Shown: one piece after another, positions 1 through 7,601 of the stretch
Numbering within the stretch: position 1 is the stretch's first letter
How the letters are laid out: the number at the start of each line of letters is the position of its first letter
NCBI GenBank assembly: GCA_017499595.2
Contig: JAFIQS020000017.1
Location: 1 to 64,000, forward strand
DNA from: Psilocybe cubensis
Taxonomy: Eukaryota
DNA length: 64,000 bases
Reading direction: 5' to 3'
Position numbers and translations under genes: made by a program
Notes under the pieces: model-generated
The model's input: only the letters and a program-made list of their open reading frames with translations
What the model was told of the DNA's origin: nothing
Database searches by the model: none

Positions 1-168
1 AAACCCTAAACCCTAAACCCTAAACCCTAAACCCTAAACCCTAAACCCTAAACCCTAAACCCTAAACCCTAAACCCTAAACCCTAAACCCTAAACCCTAA
101 ACCCTAAACCCTAAACCCTAAACCCTAAACCCTAAACCCTAAACCTAAACCCTAAACCCTAAACCCTA
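1..168. repeat. Telomere, (TAAACCC)n / (TTTAGGG)n, left chromosome end
   Basis: Window begins with uninterrupted TAAACCC heptamers, C-rich strand on +. One TAAACC variant at 140-145. Confidence 0.96.
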
Positions 169-723
169 AGCCCTAACCTAACCCCAACCCTAAGCTAACT
201 AAGTCTAACCTTAGTAGGAAGTAAGGTAGGCGTGTGAACTTCCGAAAGGCATGTGATTGTGAAGGGCCGGATCTAATTTAGTACATGGGAAAAGTTACTT
301 AGTACCTCGGGAAAAGTTCCTTAGTACCGTGGAAACATTTTTGATGGACCGGATCATGAACTGTCCAATTAAGATTCACAACAATCAATCAATTGATTGT
401 TAGGTAAGGACCCAGGTAAGCTATTTATACTCTTGACATGAGAATATTCCCATGTCACGGTTACTCGGAGCCACGTAACCAGAGTATTTTATATCCATGT
501 GATTCACATCACAGTCAATAACCCACGATGTCAAAGAACAAAAGTGTTGGATCCACTTTTGACAGGTTACCATGTGCCACATCGACCCGTGACACTCTGT
601 TCATCAGAGATCTGTCTAACTTGACAATAAACATTGACAGATTTGTGATAGTCGGTAAGATACATGACAGCTGCGCAGCATCACTTCACGCGCTGTCATC
701 GGATGTTCCAGAACATTCCTTCT

Positions 724-1728
724 AAGAATAGCCACTGAAGAGTCTATAAAGACGAAAGGGCTGGCTGCTGATAACAATCAACAGCCCTCAAGTACTCGTC
801 CTCTCCCAAACTCCTGCCGCTTGTGCCTTCCCAACTCATCCGGGAGCCCTTTCGTCACTGATCTTGCCCTTGACTCGGGGACGTTTCATCGACATGTTGG
901 CTGCCTCACGGCAAGCGGGGCCCTTTTTCTTTCACTCGCTCACGCCTTCTATGTTGGGTTACGGAGGTCATACAAACTCGTTTTAGTCTAGCTGCGGGGT
1001 TATCCAGCTATGATGACTTTGTAATTCGAGGGCGCGCAGTTCTTCAATGGGTATGGACATCAGGTGAGAGTACACTGGGGGTTGTCAGGACCAGCTCTGC
1101 TGGATACGCTCCTGGCAAGTCGGTTGCAGCCGGCGACACTACCGAATTGCTGGGACGTCCTAAAGCTTGTGGGTACCGCCGACCGCTGGAAACAGCCTAG
1201 GCACCGGTGGCGACCGGGTATGGTAACAATCCCCAAGATTCAGCGAAAGCTGGAATGGATAATCAGCAGCGAATCCGTAACGGTCACGCCGACGGAAGCG
1301 TTCAACGACTAGGTGGTAGTGGGGTCTTCGGATCTTAAGATATAGTCTTGGGAGTGGGGAAACCCACATCTGGTATCTAAACCGCGCCTCGCTGCTTACG
1401 AGGACGGCCCGAAGTCCAGAACCGCTTAAAACGCGGGTGACCCGGCCTCCCCTTAGTAAAGGGAGTTAACACAAGGATGGACAAATAGTTCGTCGCCGGA
1501 AATGAACCTGTGGCTGTAATGGCTGATGTGGCGCCCCTTGGTAAAGGGCTTAAAGGGTATTAGCCTGCCATGTCCAATGGCATGAGAGTGTCCCTTGGTA
1601 AAGGACTTAATAGGCAATAGCCTGCTCTTTTGTCATGAGCGGTATGTAGTGATCGTTTGCCTGTACGGTAGCGCCCATTGCTTGCACTGGTCCACGCCCG
1701 TAAAAAATCACGAGCCGCTGGCCTTCTT
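724..1728 (+). ncRNA. Hammerhead ribozyme split by a group I intron (halves 724-788 and 1718-1728)
   Basis: GCCA-CTGAAGA-GTCT/ATAA/AGAC-GAAA-GGGCTG...CAGCCC-T | insert | C-TGGC. Joining the halves reproduces the intact copy at 6064-6139. Confidence 0.9.
789..1717 (+). mobile_element. Group I intron, subgroup IC1-like, 929 nt (copy 1)
   Basis: Boundaries are defined by comparison with empty units: exon ends in U, intron ends in G. IGS GGGGTTGT (1078-1085) pairs with exon ACAGCCCT (781-788) with the U.G wobble. P AATTGCTGGGA 1145-1155, Q AATCAGCAGC 1261-1270, R GTTCAACGACTA 1300-1311, S AAGATATAGTCT 1337-1348. P3 CACTACC/GGTAGTG, P8 with TTCG loop, P9 GTGGG-GAAA-CCCAC, P5b GCTG-GAAA-CAGC. Confidence 0.93.
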
Positions 1729-1829
1729 TCCATTTAACTCACAGTTTAAACAAGTCGCTCGCACCTCGCTTCGCTCGGTGCTCGCTCCCCCCCTAAACCC
1801 AACGACTTTGCTATTACCCAACAGCTACT

Positions 1830-4800
1830 ATGTCTTCCACTTACTCTGCTGCCTTCTCTCGTGCCATGTCCCCCACCCTGGACGCACTCACCCAGGCTGT
1901 CGTCAACAACACAGTTTTTGGCGTCAACGACGAAGCTGGCCGCCACAACGCCCTCATCGACGAGTTGGCCACTGTCGTCATCAAGAAAATAGCTGAGTGC
2001 CGCTCCATTGACCAGATTGTAGACTGCGTCTTTTTTGACTATCGTGCTGCCCTTAGGGAGTTTCTCCTCAACCTCGCATCGTGGTGCGATAAGAGGGAAA
2101 CAGTCAAGGCTAGCCTCGAGCGCCTTGAACTTGCCGTTAGCGCAGGCAACACCCCCAATCGCCTTCGGGTGAAGGCTCCCGAGTTCCAACTTACGAAGGA
2201 ATTCGCGGATGCCGGGTCAGCGGAAGCTCTTCGAGTTTCCTCTACGTTCTCCACCGCTCGTGATGTCTTCCAAAAGGCAATCAACGACGGCGCCATTCAG
2301 GCGAAAAAGGACGAACTGGCCTTTTGGGATGATAAATGCGCACTCAATAACTGTTATGAAGCTGCTGCCCTCATCGTTAAGACAACTTACGATGATCGCA
2401 AATCCAGCTATAAGCTCCCCGTTTTCTCTACAGACAACAAGGGAGTTCGTCGAATAACAGATTGGGTAGTGTCACCGCAGAAGAAGGCTGAATGCAGCGC
2501 ATTGCAAACCATTTTGCCAGCCATCTTCTCTCATATCAAACAGATTGTCAACTTGCGCCACCGCGCTTTGGCAATCAAGATTGAGAAAAAGCGGTCGACT
2601 GCGGCAACAGCCGATGTCGAGATGGCCGATGCGACCAAACCAGGTCCATCGATTCAATCCCTTATTGATAAGGGCTTGAATGCACGTCTCAAGAAGCTCA
2701 ACCTTGGATCTGTGGGCAAGAAGGCAAGTTCTCGTAACCCTTCACCCATAACTCTGGATACTAATTACTATTCTAATTACCCAGACTTTGTCTGGCCAGA
2801 ATTCGTCCAAGGCTCCTCAACCTCAGGCCAAGAAAGCTGGCCCTTCGAAATTCAAACCCTCGTCGACGCCTTCGCAGAAGAAGCCCCAAACCAAGGCTTC
2901 CAACAAGGTCGACAACAAGAAGAAAGGGAAGGGGAGAGCTCCCGTCAAGAACGATCCAAAGGGAAAGGGAAAGGCAAGAGCCTAGACGCGCGGTCTAATG
3001 TAGTACCTTTTACGTCGGTAAGACCCGCCTTCCCCAACTCTATTCCTGACGATATACTCACCATGACTAAAACAGACGCAGTTTCTTTTGTACACTTACA
3101 TACGCCGATCTCATTCTTGTTGGCTGGCCAGTATCGTAGTAGTGTACACTGTAGTCCTGGTGTGGTGGTCCCTGTAGATATAGCAAATGATTTGTCACTC
3201 GGACTCAATTATATGTTTTTTACTCTACCTTCTCAAAGTCTGATCATGCAAGCATGGAATGATTTTCAACGAAGAATAAGATGGCGTATCTATTTTTTGT
3301 TTAAGGAAGGCATGAACAAACCTTTTGATCCAGATTACGGAGTAAGCTCAAAAAAGAAAGAGAAACCTCCAGTATTACCGCAATACATGGAACTTGGCCT
3401 TTCGATGGGACGTCGGTACGTGCAACGCACGATCGCAAGTATCCCGGAAGAAGCCCTTACGGAGATGCGAAAGCACGCGTTCTCTCCTAAAAGGGACAAG
3501 ATCCGTAAGTTTCTTATCGATAACAACTATGTTATTACGATGACAGATAAGAATCTTGGCCTCGCGGTGTCTGAACGCGACTGGATATTAAGGAATGAGC
3601 TCAATCTTCTTAAAGATGAACGTAACTATGAAGAGTTAGAATTCGAAGTTGCGCAAGAAGTAATGAAGAGCAAAATGATCCAGATGCAAACTCTTGCACA
3701 TACCGTCGAAGATGAACATCTGTTTCTATTTGAACTTGGGTTGTCTCGATTCTTTCTATCGAATGTACCGGAAGACGGATCATCGTTCAAGTACCCTCAA
3801 TTTCATGGTATACCTAAAATCCACAAAAAACCTACTGGATTTAGGCCCATAATTCCGTGTCACTCTGTAGTATTTAATCCTGCAGCCAAGTTTGTATCAA
3901 AAGAGCTTAAGCCGATTATTAAATCGACTCCTTCAATCATTCACGGAACGAAGGATCTCTTTACGAGATTAAGCCAATTGCGTATAGACCCCAAACGACA
4001 ATGGTATTTTGTCACCGGGGATGTAGTTGCTTTCTATCCCAATATTCCGTTGGACTTGTGCATCGAAATCGTTTGTAATATGTACGAGGAATGGTTACTC
4101 AACGCTTCGGAAGAAAACACTGCATTAGCCCATATTAATCCAAATTCGTTAGAGAATAACTTGGTTAAATTGGGCATCTTTAAACGTGCTATCGAGATTG
4201 GCAATACGCAATTGATAACACAACATGGGTCTAGATATTTTAGACAAAAAAATGGCCTCGCAATGGGCGTCGCGGATTCTCCGGACCTTGCTAACCTCTT
4301 TGGAGCCCATTTTGAAATAAAGTCAAAAATCTTAGACCACCCAAACGTGGCCTTCTATGGAAGGTACATCGACGATTGTTTCGCAATTGTTTACGCCGAG
4401 TCCGAAGCACTTGCACTTAATCTTATTAAAGAAACAATAAAGTTCGATGGTTGTGTTATCGAATGGGCTGTTTCCTCGTCGGGATGTCAATTTCTCGATG
4501 CTTTCATATTCAAGGAGTCTGGAAAACTTCATTGGAAGCCATTTGTCAAGACAGGAAACAACCGAGAACGAGTTCCATGGGTATCACATCATCCTTTGGA
4601 CGTCAAACGTGGCGTCTACATTGGAGAGTTATCCAGGTTAGCCGTGCTATGTAGTACCAAGGAAATCTACATCGGAGCAATTAGAGACCTTAACGCTCTC
4701 TATTTGATGCGCGGTTATCCCGAAAACCTAGTCATGTCTTGGTGTAAGAAGAATATACAAGAACGTTGGGAAAAGCGATTCGCTTTACGAGTCGCAGAGC

Positions 4801-5360
4801 ACGACGAATCCATTCTTGTACTTAAAACCAGATTTGATCAGGTATGGAATTGGTTTTCAGCTGCTGAACTTGGAAAAACTGTTACCGAGTACTGGTCGGC
4901 ATGGTATGAACATGCCGAGAAAGGTTTGTATAGTGCAGACTCGTCCAGACCCCTTATCAAACCAGATCCAAATTACGTTCACGACCTCGATGATGTTCGC
5001 CCGGAGCTGTTCACACAGATCCTCGTGGACGGAGAAACTGAGTTCGTACCGGATTTGAGGAAGATAGGACTACTCGGAAGTCGTTGGATAGTATCGCGAA
5101 AACGCAATACTAATCTTTTCGACCTTGCAAATGTGTGGAAGAAAACAGTCTTTCGTAAACTGGATGAAGACATCGCTGAAAAAGGTGGTGTTGTTCCCGA
5201 AACTCAAAACGTTAATGAAACTTATCATTCTGCTTTAGTTGAAGCTGCTGAACAGATAAGTATCGAAAGTGATAACGAGATAATACTTCATAGACGTTCA
5301 ATCTCACAAGAGAGGGAACATCCAGAATTCGGCAGAATATCCAAATCTTACAACCGATGA
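1830..5360 (+). CDS. Penelope-like ORF1-reverse transcriptase polyprotein, 1176 aa, subfamily A (copy 1)
   Basis: HGIPKIHKKPTGFRPII, FVTGDVVAFYPNI (motif A), QKNGLAMGVADSPDLANLF (B), YGRYIDDCF (C), FLD, thumb region RGYP. Helical N-terminal region; no endonuclease domain. Confidence 0.93.
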   Translation: MSSTYSAAFSRAMSPTLDALTQAVVNNTVFGVNDEAGRHNALIDELATVVIKKIAECRSIDQIVDCVFFDYRAALREFLLNLASWCDKRETVKASLERLELAVSAGNTPNRLRVKAPEFQLTKEFADAGSAEALRVSSTFSTARDVFQKAINDGAIQAKKDELAFWDDKCALNNCYEAAALIVKTTYDDRKSSYKLPVFSTDNKGVRRITDWVVSPQKKAECSALQTILPAIFSHIKQIVNLRHRALAIKIEKKRSTAATADVEMADATKPGPSIQSLIDKGLNARLKKLNLGSVGKKASSRNPSPITLDTNYYSNYPDFVWPEFVQGSSTSGQESWPFEIQTLVDAFAEEAPNQGFQQGRQQEEREGESSRQERSKGKGKGKSLDARSNVVPFTSVRPAFPNSIPDDILTMTKTDAVSFVHLHTPISFLLAGQYRSSVHCSPGVVVPVDIANDLSLGLNYMFFTLPSQSLIMQAWNDFQRRIRWRIYFLFKEGMNKPFDPDYGVSSKKKEKPPVLPQYMELGLSMGRRYVQRTIASIPEEALTEMRKHAFSPKRDKIRKFLIDNNYVITMTDKNLGLAVSERDWILRNELNLLKDERNYEELEFEVAQEVMKSKMIQMQTLAHTVEDEHLFLFELGLSRFFLSNVPEDGSSFKYPQFHGIPKIHKKPTGFRPIIPCHSVVFNPAAKFVSKELKPIIKSTPSIIHGTKDLFTRLSQLRIDPKRQWYFVTGDVVAFYPNIPLDLCIEIVCNMYEEWLLNASEENTALAHINPNSLENNLVKLGIFKRAIEIGNTQLITQHGSRYFRQKNGLAMGVADSPDLANLFGAHFEIKSKILDHPNVAFYGRYIDDCFAIVYAESEALALNLIKETIKFDGCVIEWAVSSSGCQFLDAFIFKESGKLHWKPFVKTGNNRERVPWVSHHPLDVKRGVYIGELSRLAVLCSTKEIYIGAIRDLNALYLMRGYPENLVMSWCKKNIQERWEKRFALRVAEHDESILVLKTRFDQVWNWFSAAELGKTVTEYWSAWYEHAEKGLYSADSSRPLIKPDPNYVHDLDDVRPELFTQILVDGETEFVPDLRKIGLLGSRWIVSRKRNTNLFDLANVWKKTVFRKLDEDIAEKGGVVPETQNVNETYHSALVEAAEQISIESDNEIILHRRSISQEREHPEFGRISKSYNR
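2724..2784 (+). other. Putative 61-nt GC-AG spliceosomal intron inside the ORF. Equivalents at 9539-9599, 14685-14745, 19827-19887, 25034-25094, 30376-30436
   Basis: AAG|GCAAGT donor, CTAAT branch-like motifs, CCAG| acceptor, and length typical of fungal introns. Splicing joins codon 298 in frame to the Lys-rich frame ending at 2985. Confidence 0.75.
2785..2985 (+). CDS. Alternative-frame exon 2 giving the basic C-terminal tail of a spliced ~364-aa ORF1 protein (1830-2723 + 2785-2985)
   Basis: TLSGQNSSKAPQPQAKKAGPSK...KKKGKGRAPVKNDPKGKGKARA*. Open in all six copies; the A/B difference includes an in-frame 3-nt indel and K/R swaps. Confidence 0.7.
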   Translation, partial: TLSGQNSSKAPQPQAKKAGPSKFKPSSTPSQKKPQTKASNKVDNKKKGKGRAPVKNDPKGKGKARA

Positions 5361-6063
5361 AAAGAATACTAGCGCGTAAGGCGTAAAGCATTAGAAAAAA
5401 ACCCTAACCGTAAGTATTCCTTGCTACAAAGTAACAAACATCTACTTACAAGCAACACATTGGATTAAATAGCTAAACCTAAACCTAAACCCTAAACCCT
5501 AAACCCTAAGCCCTAACCTAACCCCAACCCTAAGCTAACTAAGTCTAACCTTAGTAGGAAGTAAGGTAGGCGTGTGAACTTCCGAAAGGCATGTGATTGT
5601 GAAGGGCCGGATCTAATTTAGTACATGGGAAAAGTTACTTAGTACCTCGGGAAAAGTTCCTTAGTACCGTGGAAACATTTTTGATGGACCGGATCATGAA
5701 CTGTCCAATTAAGATTCACAACAATCAATCAATTGATTGTTAGGTAAGGACCCAGGTAAGCTATTTATACTCTTGACATGAGAATATTCCCATGTCACGG
5801 TTACTCGGAGCCACGTAACCAGAGTATTTTATATCCATGTGATTCACATCACAGTCAATAACCCACGATGTCAAAGAACAAAAGTGTTGGATCCACTTTT
5901 GACAGGTTACCATGTGCCACATCGACCCGTGACACTCTGTTCATCAGAGATCTGTCTAACTTGACAATAAACATTGACAGATTTGTGATAGTCGGTAAGA
6001 TACATGACAGCTGCGCAGCATCACTTCACGCGATGTCATCGGATGTTCCAGAACATTCCTTCT

Positions 6064-6139
6064 AAGAATAGCCACTGAAGAGTCTATAAAGACGAAAGGG
6101 CTGGCTGCTGATAACAATCAACAGCCCTCTGGCCTTCTT
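6064..6139 (+). ncRNA. Type I hammerhead ribozyme, intact (stem III variant A); predicted cleavage after C6129
   Basis: Stem I GCCA/TGGC extended by AAGAA/TTCTT, core CTGAAGA, stem II GTCT-ATAA-AGAC, GAAA, stem III GGGCTG/CAGCCC, then the T-C site. Confidence 0.92.
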
Positions 6140-6795
6140 TCCATTTAACTCACAGTTTAAACAAGTCGCTCGCACCTCGCTTCGCTCGGTGCTCGCTCCC
6201 CCCCTAAACCTAAACCCTAAACCCTAAACCCTAAACCCTAACCTAACCCCAACCCTAAGCTAACTAAGTCTAACCTTAGTAGGAAGTAAGGTAGGCGTGT
6301 GAACTTCCGAACGGCATGTGATTGTGAAGGGCCGGATCTAATTTAGTACATGGGAAAAGTTACTTAGTACTTCGGGAAAAGTTCCTTAGTACCGTGGAAA
6401 CATTTTTGATGGACCGGATCATGAACTGTCCAATTAAGATTCACAACAATCAATCATTCTATTGTTTGATTGTTAGGTAAGGACCCAGGTAAGCTATTTA
6501 TACTCTAGACATGTGAATATTCCCATGTCGCGGTTACTCGGAGCCACGTAACCAGAGTAATCTATATCCATGTGATTCACATCACAGTCAATAACCCACG
6601 ATGTCAAAGAACAAAAGTGTTGGATCCACTTTTGACAGGTTACCATGTGCCACATCGACCCGTGACACTCTGTTCATCAGAGACCTGTCTAACTTGACAA
6701 TAAACATTGACAGATTTGTGATAGTCGGTAAGATACATGACAGCTGCGCAGCATCACTTCACGCGCTGTCATCGGATGTCTAGAACATTCCTTCT

Positions 6796-6871
6796 AAGAA
6801 TAGCCACTGAAGAGTCTATAAAGACGAAAGGGCTGGTTGTTGGGATCCCCCAACAGCCCTCTGGCCTTCTT
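6796..6871 (+). ncRNA. Type I hammerhead ribozyme, intact (stem III variant B)
   Basis: Same core and stems; distal stem III is GTTGTTGGGATCCCCCAA. Confidence 0.92.
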
Positions 6872-7601
6872 TCTATTTCAAACTCACAGTTTAAACTAGT
6901 CGCTCGCACCTCGCTTCGCTCGGTGCTCGCTCCCCCCCTAAACCCTAAACCTAAACCCTAAACCCTAAACCCTAAACCCTAACCTAACCCCAACCCTAAG
7001 CTAACTAAGTCTAACCTTAGTAGGAAGTAAGGTAGGCGTGTGAACTTCCGAACGGCATGTGATTGTGAAGGGCCGGATCTAATTTAGTACATGGGAAAAG
7101 TTACTTAGTACTTCGGGAAAAGTTCCTTAGTACCGTGGAAACATTTTTGATGGACCGGATCATGAACTGTCCAATTAAGATTCACAACAATCAATCATTC
7201 TATTGTTTGATTGTTAGGTAAGGACCCAGGTAAGCTATTTATACTCTAGACATGTGAATATTCCCATGTCGCGGTTACTCGGAGCCACGTAACCAGAGTA
7301 ATCTATATCCATGTGATTCACATCACAGTCAATAACCCACGATGTCAAAGAACAAAAGTGTTGGATCCACTTTTGACAGGTTACCATGTGCCACATCGAC
7401 CCGTGACACTCTGTTCATCAGAGACCTGTCTAACTTGACAATAAACATTGACAGATTTGTGATAGTCGGTAAGATACATGACAGCTGCGCAGCATCACTT
7501 CACGCGCTGTCATCGGATGTCTAGAACATTCCTTCTAAGAATAGCCACTGAAGAGTCTATAAAGACGAAAGGGCTGGTTGTTGGGATCCCCCAACAGCCC
7601 T

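Larger units (their letters stand above)
169..1800 (+). repeat. Terminal repeat unit (pLTR-like) 1, intron-containing. Other units at ~5507-6210, 6239-6945, 6980-8615 (intron+), 12326-13032, 13054-13760, 17478-18184, 18199-18903, 22610-23314, 23413-24109, 27820-29452 (intron+), 33159-33862
   Basis: Near-identical block starting at degenerate telomeric repeats (CCCTAACCTAACCCCAACCCTAAGCTAAC) and ending CTCGCTCCCCCCCTAAACC(C). It is followed either by the ORF leader or by telomeric repeats. Confidence 0.9.

Noticed and set aside
1-168. Plant origin inferred from the TTTAGGG repeat
   Set aside because: Gene content and ~55-nt introns point to a basidiomycete; the heptamer is not plant-exclusive.
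528-725. 60-65-aa ORF MSKNKSVG.. in every repeat unit
   Set aside because: It recurs only because the unit is repeated, the stop position differs between variants, and no domain is recognisable. A uORF role cannot be excluded but is unsupported.
1009-1070. C/D snoRNA (ATGATGA box C-like)
   Set aside because: No suitably placed CTGA box D; the motif is part of a hairpin.
1064-1369. Short ORFs on both strands within the insert (possible homing endonuclease)
   Set aside because: They overlap the ribozyme core and show no LAGLIDADG, GIY-YIG, HNH or His-Cys motif.
700-1800. rRNA gene hosting the group I intron
   Set aside because: The flanks are the hammerhead and PLE leader; no rRNA conserved sequence is visible in the window.
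4900-5360. GIY-YIG endonuclease at the C-terminus of the RT ORF
   Set aside because: No GIY..YIG/CCHH pattern after the thumb. The GVYIG at ~4610 lies in the RT thumb region.
1830-5360. Telomerase (TERT) gene
   Set aside because: Multi-copy, lacks a recognisable T motif, and has PLE-type signatures and hammerhead repeats.
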